Below are positions 37,280-51,354 of a DNA stretch of 64,000 nt, one piece after another. The stretch's first letter is position 1, and each line of letters starts with the position of its first letter. A program made the position numbers and the translations under genes. The notes beneath the pieces were generated by a model. It did no database searches and had not been told where the DNA came from. It saw only the letters and a list, made by a program, of their open reading frames with translations. The stretch is taken from the NCBI GenBank assembly GCA_028826165.1, contig JAPDFW010000011.1:744001-808000 (forward strand), read 5' to 3'. The stretch comes from Anaeramoeba ignava BMAN. Its lineage: Eukaryota; Protista; Anaeramoebae.

Positions 37280-39357
37280 CTATTTAAGAAATCGGGGTAA
37301 AATTCCTTCTTGATTTTCTGTATCAAAAAATCTCCATTGATTAAAATAAATAGCAAGTGAATAAAAAGAAATTGATTGAAACAAAGAATTAAAATAAACA
37401 AAATAAGTTGCATTAGAAGAAGGGGGAATAATTAAAACCATAAACATTCCAAGAATACCCCCAAAAAAATTGAGATGTTGTGACATAATTGATGCTCCGT
37501 AAGTGTTCTTTAATTTATATGATAAAAGTAATTGTGGAAAGTGACTTAAAACTTGTGAAAGTGGTTTGATCATATTTGTGATCGATTTTGAACTTGGATA
37601 TATTGTTCCTAATGATAATGGAATTATCGGAAAAAGAATCCAAATCAAATATTCTTTTTTGTTTTCGTAAATTGAAAATTGAACCATAAATGTTGAATGT
37701 TGAATCACATTGAAAAGACCATAAAGTACAACAGGATAAGCTTCTATATAATTAATTTAAATATATTGATTTAAATATATTGATTTAAATATATTGATTT
37801 AAATATATTAATTTAAATATATTAATTTAAATATATTGATTTAAATATATGATTTAAATATATATTGATTTAAATATATTGATTTAAATATATTGATTTA
37901 TATATATTGATTTAAATATTGATTTAAATATATTGATTTAAATATATATTGATTTAAATATTAATTTAAATATATTGATTTAAATATTGATTTAAATATA
38001 TTGATTTAAATATATTGATTTAAATATATTAATTTAAATATATTGATTTAAATATATTGATTTAAATATATTGATTTAAATATATATTGATTTAAATATA
38101 TTGATTTAAATATATATTGATTTAAATATATTGATTTAAATATATTGATTTAAATATATTGATTTAAATATATTAATTTAAAAATATTGATTTTAAAATA
38201 TATTGATTTAAATATATTGATTTAAATATATTGATTTAAATATATTGATTTAAATATATTAATTTAAAAATATTGATTTAAATATATTGATTTAAATATA
38301 TTGATTTTAAATATATTGATTTATATATTAATTTAAATATATTGATTTAAATATATTTTGATTTAAATATATTGATTTAAATATATTAATTTAAAATATA
38401 TTGATTTAAATATATTAATTTAAATATTTTGATTTAAATATATTGATTTATATATTAATTTAAATATTGATTTAAATATATTGATTTAAATATATTGATT
38501 TAAATATAAATATTGATTTAAATATTGATTTAAATATATTGATTTAAATATATTGATTTAAATATATTGATTTAAATATATTGATTTAAATATATTGATT
38601 TAAATATATTTTGATTTAAATATTAATTTAAATATATTGATTTAAATATAAATATTGATTTAAATATAAATATTGATTTTAAATATATTTTGATTTAAAT
38701 ATATTGATTTAAATATATTGATTTAAATATTAATTTAAATATATTGATTTAAATATATTGATTTAAATATATTAATTTAAATATATTGATTTAAATATAT
38801 TGATTTAAATATATTGATTTAAATATATTGATTTAAATATATTGATTTAAATATATTGATTTAAATATATTGATTTAAGTATATTAATTTAAATATATTT
38901 TGATTTAAATATATTAATTTAAATATATTGATTTAAATATATTGATTTAAATATATTTTGATTTAAATATATTGATTTAAATATATTGATTTAAATATAT
39001 TTGATTTAAATATATTGATTTAAATATATTTGATTTAAATATATTGATTTAAATATATTTGATTTAAATATTTGATTTAAATATATTGATTTAAATATAT
39101 TGATTTAAATATATTAATTTAAATATATTGATTTAAAATATAATTTTACCTTCATTTAAAAAAGAATTTATTAAAAGAAAACTTGAACCAATTAATTTTA
39201 TAATAATCCCAGTTGTACTAAATCCTTTTACTGATTTATTTTTATAATTTAAAAAAGTTTGAGGTAAATATTGGAAAGCAAATAAAATACTTGCTATAAG
39301 TCCGGAAAAACAAGCAAGTCCTTCTAAAGAAAATTCAAATTTTGAACAAGAACCCAT
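37280..39357 (-). CDS. PQ-loop repeat membrane protein (cystinosin/PQLC family), 2 exons
   Basis: Two PQ motifs: FQYLPQTFLNYKNKSVKGFS and SHFPQLLLSYKLKNTYGAS; multiple TM segments. Confidence 0.85.
37745..39140. repeat. (ATATATTGATTTAA)n minisatellite, about 14-nt unit, filling the PQ-loop gene intron
   Basis: Visible regular array. Confidence 0.92.
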
Positions 39358-39582
39358 TTTTATTATTTATTATTTATTATTTAAATAAAAAATGAAAAAA
39401 AAAAATGAAAAAAAAAATGAAAAAATAAATTCAAATTTAATTTTTTTAATCAAATTTTTGAATAATCAAAGAATTTATTGATTTCAAAAAACAAAAAAAA
39501 ATACCAAAAAGAAAAAATACCAAAATCCAAAATCCAAAATCCAAAATCAAAAAAATCAAAAAAATCAAAAAAATCAAAAAAA

Positions 39583-42111
39583 TCACTTTTTGAAAACTGT
39601 CATAAAAGCTGTATATGATTTTTCCAAATCAAAAGTAAGTTGACGAGCTTGATCTTCATCTAATTCTTCATGAGCTCTCATTTGATCTAAAATCTGTTCC
39701 CATTTTGAAATGAGAATTTTTCCTTGAAAATCTTTATCTAAATCTGAAATCTTATTCAAACTTGTAAGTATATCTTTTAATAATGGTTGAACCTGATCAA
39801 CTGCGAGCATATTCAGTTTCAGTCTTATTTTATAATTTATTTTATAATTTATTTTTAAATCCATTTTTAAATTCATTTTTAAATCCATTTTTAAATTTAT
39901 TTTATAATTTATAAATTTATTTTTAAATTTATTTTTAGATTTATTTTTAAATTTGTTTTTAAATTTATTTTATAATTTATTTTTAAATCTATTTTTAAAT
40001 CCATTTTTAAATTTATTTATAAATTTATTTTTAAATTTATTTTTAAATCTATTTTTAAATTTATTTTATAATTTATTTTTAAATTTATTTTTAATTTATT
40101 TTTAAATTTATTTATAAATTTATTTTAAAATTTATTTTTAAATTTATTTTTAAATTTATTTTTAAATTTATTTTATAATTTATTTTATAATTTATTTTTA
40201 AATTTATTTATAAATTTATTTATAAATTTGTTTTATAATTTATTTTTAAATTTATTTTCAGTCTTATTTTATAATTTATTTTTAAATTTATTTTTAAATT
40301 TATTTTTAAATTTATTTTTAAATTTATTTTTAAATTCATTTTATAATTTATTTTTAAATTTATTTTTAAATTCATTTTATAATTTATTTTTAAATCTATT
40401 TACCCATCCATTGCTGTAATAAAACTAGATACTGCTTCTGCAATAAAAATTCGATCATCTTCTTGTCGATTTAAGTTTTTGAGTCGAAGAGTTATTGGTG
40501 TTCCTGTCTCAATTAAAGTTTGATAAGCATGTGGAAAATTTGACTATTTTTTCAATTTTAATTTTAATTTTAATTTTGATTTTAATTTTAATATTAATTT
40601 TGATTTTGATTTTGATATTGAAATTGAAATTGATTTTGATTTTGAAATTGAAATTGAAATTGATTTTGAAATTGAAATTGAAATTGATATTAATTTTGAT
40701 ATTGATATTGATATTAATTTTAATTTTGATTTAAATATTGATTTTAATTTTGATTTTAATATTAATTTTGAAATTGAAATTGATTTTGATATTGAAATTG
40801 AAATTGATTTTGAAATTGAAATTGATTTTGATATTGAAATTGAAATTGATATTGAAATTGAAATTGAAATTGAAATTGATTTTGAAATTGAAATTGATAT
40901 TGAAATTGAAATTGAAATTGATATTGAAATTGATTTTGATTTTGATTTTGATTTTGAAATTGAAATTGAAATTGAAATTGAAATTGATTTTGAAATTGAA
41001 ATTGATTTTGAAATTGAAATTGAAATTGATATTAATTTTGATATTGATATTGATATTAATTTTGAAATTGATATTGAAATTGAAATTGAAATTGATTTTG
41101 AAATTGAAATTGAAATTGATTTTGAAATTGAAATTGAAATTGATTTTGAAATTGATATTGATTTTGATATTGATTTTGATATTGATTTTGAAATTGATAT
41201 TGAAATTGAAATTGATTTTGATTTTGAAATTGATATTGATATTGATATTGATATTGATTTTGATTTTGATATTGATATTGATTTTTAATTTTGAAATTGA
41301 AATTGAAATTGAAATTGATTTTGATTTTGATATTAAAATTAATTTAAATTTGAAATTGATTTTTAATTTTGAAATTGATTTTTAATTTTGAAATTGATTT
41401 TTAATTTTGATATTGATTTTGAATTTAAATTTTAATTTGAAATTTTACTTTTGAGCTGCTTTTTATTTCTTCGAATTCTGGAGAATTATCTATACCCTTT
41501 ATTGCAGTTTGATATTGCATAATCAAGTCATTACAAGCTTTTGTATACTGCTGAGCCTGTATAACGCCCTTTGAATAAGAATTTTCAAGATGTTCAGTAC
41601 TCATCAAAATAGAGAAAAGATTAGCAAGATCATCGAATTTCTCTCTTTCTTTCAAATCCTTATAGCGCTTGATCTTATGATTTTTATTTTTCGGGACATC
41701 CTCTCTCGGAATGCCGTCGATTCTTCGGGGCTTAGCAATCTGCTGCGGGTTCTGGACATTCGGATTAAATTGTTGCATCCCAGTTTGTCCATATTGCACT
41801 TGCTGTTGCTGTCCATACTGGGTTTGCATTGGGTTCTGTGGATACATCGGGTTGAATCGTGGTTGTCCATACCCCATCCCCTGTTGGTTTATATTCCCAC
41901 TATACATGTTCCCACTCATAGGTCGCGTATTTGTTGTTACTCTTCCGCTCATGTTATTGTATCCACTCATTGTGTTATATCCGCTTTGAACCCCTATTTG
42001 ATTTGTCGGTTGCATCGCTACTTTCGGTTGATTTCTTCCGTAACTTGTATTGGTTCGTGGATATGTATTTTTTGATTGCGGTTTGGGTCGCGGTTGTTGT
42101 GGATATTGCAT
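39583..42111 (-). CDS. VPS28: ESCRT-I subunit VPS28 with a low-complexity N-terminal extension, 3 exons
   Basis: EREKFDDLANLFSILMSTEHLENSY...YTKACNDLIMQY; ITAMDG|LKLNMLAVDQVQPLL...MRAHEELDEDQARQLTFDLEKSY; start codon at 42111 (MQYPQQ). Confidence 0.92.
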
Positions 42112-42514
42112 AAAATAAAATATAAATGAAAAAAAAAAAAGAAAAAGGAAAAAAAAATTGAAAAAAAAATGAAAAATGAAAAATGAAAAATTAAAAATCT
42201 TTTTGTTTTTGTTTTTGTTTTTGTTTTTGTTTTTGTTTTTGTTTTTGTTTTTGTTTTTGTTTTTGTTTTTGTTTTTGTTTTTGTTTTTGTTTTTGTTTTT
42301 GTTTTTGTTTTGTTTTTCAAAGTAAAAATGGATCCAATTCAAAAAAAAAAGAGAAAAAAGAAAAAAAAGAAAAAAGAAAAAAGAAAACAAGACAAAAAAG
42401 TGTAAAAAACATCACTTTTTTTTTTGGTTTGGTCATTAGAATTTGAAGAAAAAAAAAGAAAAAAAGAAAAAAAGAAAAGAATTACGAAAAAAAAAAAAGG
42501 AATTTGTTGGAAAT

Positions 42515-45118
42515 TTAAAGGATTAAACAACAACCTCCACTTTTTGTTTCTGTATTTGCTTGAGGAGCTGAATTCTGTCCAGTAGTTTTTGGTGAAGATT
42601 TTGCTTTTCTTAATTCACGAACTAAGGCTTCAAAACAAATGTTAACATTACTTCCAGTTTTTGCAGATCTTTTTTATTAATTTTAATTTTAATTTTAATT
42701 ATTATTTTAATTTTAATTATAATTTTAATTTCATTTCATGTTAATTTTATTTAATTTTAATTTCATTTAATTTCATTTAATTTTAATTTCATTTCATGTT
42801 AATTTTAATTTATTTCATTTCATGTTAATTTTAATTTTAATTTCATGTTAATTATAATTTTAAATTCATTTTAATTTCATGTTAATTATAATTTTAATTT
42901 CATTTCATGTTAATTTTAATTTTAATTTTAATTTTAATTTTAATTTCATTTAATTTTAATTTTAATTTTAATTATAATTTTAAATTCATTTTAATTTTAA
43001 TGTTAATTTTATTTCATTTCATGTTAATTATAATTTTAATTTCATTTCATGTTAATTATAATTTTAAATTCATTTTAATTTCATGTTAATTATAATTTTA
43101 ATTACGTTTCATAATAAGGACTTGAATATTTTTTTGCAAGAGTTTCTCCTTCTTCAGTTGAAACTAATCTTTCTTCTGCAAGATCTATAATCAAAATACA
43201 AAAAAATTAAACATTACGAATTAAAAAATAAAAATGTTTTGATTTATTTTTTAAAAACCTGATTTATTTGCAACTGTAACAACTGGTACATTCATAAAGT
43301 TCTTTGCTCTTCTGATTGCTTCATGAAGACCTCTTGCTTCAGTATAACTAGCTCTTGAAATGATGCTAAATACAAGAATAAAGCCTTCTCCTAATCGAAT
43401 GTACTAATTTTGATTTCAATTTCATTTTTATTTTTAATTTGAATTTTGATTTTAATTTTATTTTTAATTTCATTTTGATTTCATGTGAAAATAAAAAAAC
43501 ACAAAAAAAACTTTACTTTATCTCGAACTGATCGATACTCTTCTTGACCAGCTGTATCAATAATTTCTAAAGTTGCTGGTTTTTCATCAATAATAACAAC
43601 TTTTTTATAACTTTCCTCTAATAAAAATTAAATATTTATAAAATAAAATGAAAAAACAAACAAAATGAATATAAGATAAAAAAAGAAGAAAAATATCTTT
43701 AAATAATTATTTGTTAATTTTTCATTATTTACCAATTGTTGGATCATAATCTTCAATAAATTTTCCTTGAAGGAAACGAACAGTGATACAAGATTTGCCA
43801 ACTAAATTATAAATAAAATTAATAAATAAAATTAATAAATAAAATTATAAATAAAATTATAAATAAAATTATAAATTAAATTATAAATAAAATTATAAAT
43901 AAAATTATAAATAAAATTATAAATAAAATAATAAATAAAATTATAAATAAAATTATAAATTAAATTATAAATTAAATTATAAATAAAATTATAAATAAAA
44001 TTATAAATTAAAAATTAAATTATAAATTAAATTAAATTATATAAATAAAATTATAAATAAAAATTATAACAAATATAAATAAAATTATAAATTAAAATTA
44101 TAAATAAAATTATAAATTAAAATTATAAATAAAATTATAAATAAAATTATAAATTTAAATTAAAATAAAATTATAAATAAAATTATAAATTAAATTATAA
44201 AATAAATAAATAAATTATAAATAAAATTATAAATAAAATTATAAATAAAATTATAAATTAAATTATAAATTAAATTATAAATAAAATTATTATAAATTAA
44301 AATATAAAATTAAATTATAAATAAAATTATAAATAAAATTATAAATAAAATTATAAATTAAATTATAAATAAAATTATAAATTAAAAATAAATTAAATTA
44401 TAAATTAAAATTATAAATTAAATTATAAATTAAATTATAAATTAAATTATAAATTAAATTATAAATTAAAATTATAAAATAAAATTAAAATAAATTATAA
44501 ATAAATAAAAATTATAAATTAAATTATAAATTAAATTATAAATAATAAAATTATAAATTAAATTATAAATTAAAATTATAAATTAAATTATAAATAAAAA
44601 TTATAAATTAAATTATAAATAAAATTATAAATTAAATTATAAATAAAATTATAAATAAAATTATAAATAAAATTATAAATTAAATTATAAATTAAATTAT
44701 AAATAAAATTAAATTTGATTATAAATTAAATTATAAATTAAAATATAAATAAAATTATAAATTAAATTATAAATTAAATTATAAATTAAATTATAAATTA
44801 AATTATAAATAAAATTATAAATAAAATTATAAATTAAATTATAAATAAAATTATAAATAAAATTATAAATAAAATTATAAATTAAATTATAAATTAAATT
44901 ATAAATAAAATTATAAATAAAATTATAAATTAAATTATAAATAAAATTATAAATTAAATTATAAATAAAATTATAAATAAAATTATAAATTAAATTATAA
45001 ATAAAATTATAAATTAAATTATAAATTAAATTATAAATAGAATTTTTGCAATTTGGTGATTATTTTTACCTGATCCTCCTCCAATAATTACAACTTTATG
45101 AACTTCTTCATCTTCCAT
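42515..45118 (-). CDS. Ras-family small GTPase (Ras/Rap-like) with CaaL prenylation motif, 6 exons
   Basis: Spliced translation: KVVIIGGGS|VGKS...YDPTI|EESY...DTAGQEEY...ANKS|DL...YYET|SAK...GGCCLIL*. Confidence 0.92.
43805..45035. repeat. (AAATTATAAAT[T/A])n array, intron 1 of the Ras gene
   Basis: Visible array. Confidence 0.92.
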
Positions 45119-45511
45119 TGTAAAAGTTAAAACAAAAAAAAAAATAGAATTAATTAATAATTTTAAAAGAATGGCAAAAAAAAAACAAAATGAAAAAGAA
45201 AAAAATGAAATAAAAAACAACAAAAAAATGAAAAAAAATGAAAAAAAAATTTTTTTAAATTAAAAAACTTTTTTTTTTTGTTGTTCTCTAAATTATAAAA
45301 TTCAAATTCTTTTTTCCTTTCTTGTTTTCTTTTAATTTTTCTTTTATTTTCTTTAATGATCTTAATTCAAAATTTAATTTAAAATTTTTTTTTTTTTAAT
45401 AATTAATAATTTTTAAAATAAAATGACTAATTAATATTTTTATTTTATTTTTTATTTTTATTTTTATTTTTCATTTTTCCATTTTTTCCTTTTTTTCTTT
45501 TTTTTGGAATT

Positions 45512-48338
45512 ATGAGTGATAAAGAAACTTTTGAAAATATTGAAGAATCGGAATTACCAAATATTTTTGATTTAGTTAAAGCACCAGAACCTGATATAAA
45601 TCTTATTTTAAAAGTAGCAGGATCTGGAGTTGATTTGAATATAAGTGAAGAAGATGTAATTTTATAAATAGAATTATAAATTAAAATTATAAATTAAATT
45701 ATAAATTAAATTATAAATTAAATTATAAATTAAATTATAAATTAAATTATAAATAAAATTATAAATTAAATTATAAATAAAATTATAAATAAAATTATAA
45801 ATTAAATTATAAATAAAATTATAAATTAAAATTATAAATTAAATTATAAATTAAATTATAAAATAAAATTATAAATTAAATTATAAATAAAATTATAAAT
45901 TAAATTATAAATAAAATTAAATAAAATTATAAATAAAATTATAAATAAAATTATAAATAATTAAAATTATAAATTAAATTATAAATTAAATTAAAATATA
46001 TAAAAAAAATATAAATTAAATTATAAATATATAAAATTATAAATTAAATTATAAATAAAATTATAAATTAAATTATAAATTAAAATTATAAATAAAAAAA
46101 ATTAATAAATTAAATTATAAATAAAATTATAAATTAAAATTATAAATTAAAATTATAAATTAAATTATAAATAAAATTATAAATAAATTATAAAATATAA
46201 ATAAAAATAAATAAAAAATTAAAAAATTATAAATTTAAATTATAAATTAAATTATAAATTAAATTATAAATTAAAATTATAAATAAAATTATAAATAAAA
46301 TTATAAATTAAATTATAAATAAAATTATAAATAAAATTATAAATAAAATTATAAATAAAATTATAAATAAAATTATAAATTAAAAATTATAAATTAAAAT
46401 TATAAATAAATTATAAATAAAATTATAATTAAATTATAAATAAAATAAATAAAATTATAAATAAAAATTAATAAAATAAAATAAAATTATAAATAAAATT
46501 ATAAATAAAATTATAAATTAAATTAAATAAAATTATAAATAAAATTATAAATTAAATTATAAATTAAATTATAAATTAAATTATAAAATAATTATATAAA
46601 TTATAAATAAAATTATAAATTAAATTATAAATTATAAAATTAAATTATAAATTAAATTATAAATTAAATTATAAATTAAATTATAAATTAAATTATAAAT
46701 TAAAATTATAAATTAAAATTATAAATTAAAATTATAAAATAAATTATAAAATTAAATTATAAATAAAATTATAAATTAAAATTATAAATAAATTATAAAT
46801 AAAATTATAAATTAAATTATAAATAAAATTATAAATAAAATTATAAAAAAAAAATATAAAATTATAAATAAATTATAAATAAAATTATAAATAAAATTAT
46901 AAATTAAATTATAAATAAAATTATAAATAAAATTATAAATTAAATTATAAATTAAATTATAAATAAAATTATAAATAAAATTATAAATTAAATTATAAAT
47001 TAAATTATAAATAAAATTATAAATAAAATTATAAATAAAATTATAAATTTCTAAATAAATTAAATTATAAATTTCTAAATAAATAAAATTATAAATTTCT
47101 AAATAAATAAAATTATAAATTTCTAAATAAATAAAATTATAAATTTCTAAAATAAATAAAATTATAAATTTCTAAATAAATTAAAATAGACGGGAATGAC
47201 ACCACTCCATTTTGCTTGTGCAAATAACAACGAAGATTTAGTTAAAATCTTAATTCTTCACAACGCCAAAGTACACATCACAAATAAGCAAGGATTTTTT
47301 CCAATAGATATTGCATATCAAAACAAAAATCTGGCGATAGCAAAGCAACTTCTTCAAGAGAAAAACCAGGAAGAAATTGAGCGATTAGGACTGAAAGTTA
47401 ACGATATGAGAGGAGTAGATTTTTCAGCTCGAAATTTCGAACCAGAATTATTACATTATATATCATATTTTATAGCAATTAATATAAAACAAATCATCGA
47501 AAATAATTCGGTAAATTTTGGAGAGATTTGGAACGAAAACCAAATCGACGTTCTCACAGAATGCATCTATAGAAGTTTGGATGAGAACAACTCGGTGATA
47601 GTTCTTAATAAATTCAAGTCACTTCCTAAATTTAAACGTCTTATGTTTGCGGCACTTTATTTTATAATCAAAAAATTTCATACTCTTCCTGATTTTGAAA
47701 AGTATAATATTTTGCATGAAAAACAAGATCCCAGAACTTGGGAAGATATTCTAATCAACGTGAATGAAATGATGCAACTTGTTAATGTTGATAATTGTAT
47801 TCAAATTCTTGGCACTTTTTGTCAAGCAAGATTGAAAATGATTGCAAAATATAAAAAATTTGTTACTGAATCTTTTAATCCTTTTTTTTTAAGGTTTATG
47901 GAAAAGATTAATAAGCTTTGTCGTAATAATTTTGATTTTTTACCAAAAGGAAAAGATGTTGTTATTGCACGTTCTTTAACACACAAAGTAAAAAATTGAA
48001 AAAATTTAGATTAAAAAATTCAATTCAAAAAATTCAATTTAAAAAATTTAAAAAAAATTTATAAATAGAATGTTATTAGTGTTTGGAGCTTCGCAAGAAA
48101 ATATAAACAACATTTTATTGAAGAACAATGCTTTCGTTTTCTTAAAGATTCAGATTTTTCCGAAATTGAAAAAAAAATTTTTAGTGAAAAATTCATTATC
48201 ATTTCAGAATCAGATATTGTCATTTCAATCCAAATGCGTGATTTAACTGTACTTAAATTTGAAGAACAAAAAAATAAAGAAAATCTTGATGAAGAACTTG
48301 CTCAAATAAATACACAACTTCAAATTTCTCAAAAATAA
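45512..48338 (+). CDS. Ankyrin-repeat hypothetical protein, 3 exons
   Basis: Exon 1 MSDKETFEN...GVDLNISEED|GT; exon 2 from 47190 (TGMTPLHFACANN...GFFPIDIA); exon 3 from about 48069 to TAA at 48338. Confidence 0.72.
45660..47185. repeat. (AAATTATAAAT[T/A])n array, intron 1 of the ANK gene
   Basis: Same motif and strand as 43805-45035. Confidence 0.92.
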
Positions 48339-48407
48339 AAACAACAATCATTTAAAAAGAAAGAATTTTTTTTTTTTCTTCTTTGATCTTTAATTAATTT
48401 GATTTGA

Positions 48408-51117
48408 TTAATAAAAATCTTGAATTTGTCTAAGAATCATTTCAACAAATTCTCCATAAATTAAAGTTTGTCCAATTCGATCTTCACTAAAAAAATGTGA
48501 AATTTTCTTCTCATTTTCTTCTGTTTGTTTAAGAACAATAGGTTTAATTTTTTTTCTTAAATAAAATTGAAGAAATTCAATTAAATTTAATATTTTCTGT
48601 TTAAATTCATGATCTAAATCACTTTTTTTGAAATTAAAAGAAATTGGTTCCAATTCATCAAAATTTTGAACAGAAAAAATTTTCATCAACAAATTGCAAG
48701 AAACAAACTTGCCAATGTATATTATAATTTGTTCCGAATTTGTCATTAAATGAATACAATCTTGTTTAAAATGTTTCTTGGAACTAATTATTCTAGTTTC
48801 ATTTAATGTGGATTCTGTTTCATAAAATTGCCAAATAATTGGATAAAGAAAACAAACAGTTTTTTTTGCATGAGAATGATTTAATCTATTAAAGAAATAA
48901 CTTCTTTCATCATTAGAAATTTTTCCAATTCTGAACATTATATTCTTAATTTTTAAATTTTGATAAATTCGAAATTTAATCATTATTTTTGATTTTTGTT
49001 TTTTTTTGATTTTTTTATGATACTTTTGGTAAACAACTTGTAAATAGTGATAATAACTGTAAATATTTTGGGATATTTTCATGAAAAAAACTTGGTGTGA
49101 TCTTTTTTAAATTTATATTTTTGGAAAATTGTTTAAAAATTTCAATTAAAGATTCTTTCAAAAACCAATTAACTTGAAACATTGGTTGTTTTTGAGCAAT
49201 TAAAATTGCTATTATTTTGTTTTGTTTTGTTTTTTTTTTTTTGAATATAAAATTAATAGAATAAATTGGTTATTAATATAATTCTACCTTTCCTAATCCA
49301 TAAATCACAAATCAAAAGAGGTTCAATTTGATTATAAAGATTAAGAATAGAATTTTCAATTGAAATTTTCTTATTCATGATCCGAATTCTTTTTTCGTTA
49401 TTAAATGAATTATAACTTGGATTTTGATTTTAATTTTAATTTTAATTTTAATTTTAATTTTAATTTTAATTTTACAATAAAATGGCTTGAATATAAACAT
49501 TTGTTGAAATTTTTTCATTAATTTCCATTTCAAATAAAAATGAATGATCCTTTTCAATAAAAGGAATAATAACATAATTATCAGAAGTATCAATAACTTT
49601 TGAGTAATTATTCAGAATCTGAAGAGAATTAGTAAATAAATACAAACGTGCTTGAGTTGCGAATTGATGAAGACTTTTTTTCAAATCATTTCGAAATGAT
49701 TTTTCCCAAATTTCATCTTGAATATCCAAATAACGGAATATTTCTCCTTGTGTATTTTTTGCAATTAACGAAATTGTTGGGATGTCGAAATAATTTGAGG
49801 AAAACAAAAAAAAAGAAACTGAAATATTTGTTAATAAACAATCATATGAGAATTCTTCGTAATTTTTTGATTGCATTGGGTCTGGTTGCAAAAATGTAAC
49901 TTCTTTTTCAGGACCCAAATAAGTATTTTTTGGATAAATACGATCAATTCCATATTTTCCTGATTCAGGTTTTTGTGTAAGAAATAATAATATTTTCCCA
50001 CCATTTACTTTCTGTTTCATTTTTAATTTGAAGTTAAATTGAATTAAATTGAATATAATTCTTGGTTATTTTCAATGATTACTAAAATTTCTAAACTTGA
50101 TTCCAAAGCAAATGCAAAAGGAGATGCATTTTGATTAATATTAATATGATTATTATTATTATTATTGAGTATTTGATCCACAAAATTATCAAACATTTTC
50201 ATAATATTTTGTTCGCATTCTTGAATATTAAATAAAAGATCATCACCATTTATTGGGCAAAAAGTCTCGGATAAATCTCGAGCAACACACACTTTTGGTT
50301 GATTTAGTTTACTTGATAAATTGTAAAAACAAACAGAGTTATAATCAAAGGTGACGAATCCAATTCTTGTGTTATCAGTTTTAAAAATTTGTTTATTTTG
50401 CAATATTTTGAATAAATTTTGTGATAAGATTGATACAATTTTTTGTGATACAGATTTTTTAGTAAAATCAATAACAAAAAGATAATTAAACTGATTTTTT
50501 AAGTTTTTTGAATTTTTAAATTCATCGTTATTTGATTCATTGTTTATAAAAGAATCGATAACTTGATTCTGATATTCAGGTCTATTTTTAAGTGAACCAA
50601 ATATATATTCAGGTTGATTTAAGTGATTTTTATATTGGCATATATTACATTTCCAATCAGAAAACCCATCAATTATAGAAAATGGATTTAAAAAAGATCC
50701 ACAATTTTGACATTTTTTAAGATCATTATTTTCATTTATATTTTCATTTGAAGAAACATTTATGATTTTAATTTCTTCATCTAAATTTTTCTAAAAAGAA
50801 AATAAATGATTAAATTTGTTTTTTTTATTTTAATTAAATCAATTACATCATTATTTCCAAAAGGATTTATAGAAATAATAAGTGGTATTTTAATATTTTT
50901 TAATAATTTTTGTGTTGAAGGAATTTTTTGAAATGAACATTCAATAAAATTAGTTTTAAATGAAGAAATATTTTGATATTCAATTGGATGAACAATTTTT
51001 TTTTTGTATTTTTGAATTGCTTTAAAAAAAATAATCAAAAATTAAAAATTAATAAATAATTAAATTAGATTAAAGAAATTAAATTAATTTTAAATTACTT
51101 ATTTGATAATTTTTCAT
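48408..51117 (-). CDS. SEC24: Divergent Sec24-like COPII coat subunit, multi-exon
   Basis: KIPSTQKLL..IPLIISINPF; Zn finger CQNCGSFLNPF...WKCNIC; trunk YLFVIDFT, RIGFVTFD..VCFYNL, GGKILLF; gelsolin-like C-terminus ending FFSEDR...YGEFVEMI. Confidence 0.8.
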
Positions 51118-51354
51118 TTTGTTTTTTTTTTTAATTTTTTTAAATTGTTTTTGTTTTTTTTTAATTTTTTTAAATTGTTTTTGTTTTCTGGCAATTAAAG
51201 AAAAAAAAAGAAAAGAAAAATTAAAAAAAATTTTTTTAAATTTCAATTTTTCATTTTTTTTTCATTTTTTTTTTAATTTTAAATTTTTAAATTTTTTCAT
51301 TTTTTTTTTTTGCATCATTTTAAACTACAAAAAAACAAAACAAACAGCTTTACA

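Noticed and set aside
41425-42390. ORF-track N-terminus of VPS28 (F-rich plus KNKNKN)
   Set aside because: It starts at a non-ATG codon and runs through an (AAAAAC)n repeat and poly-T; the real start is most likely the ATG at 42111
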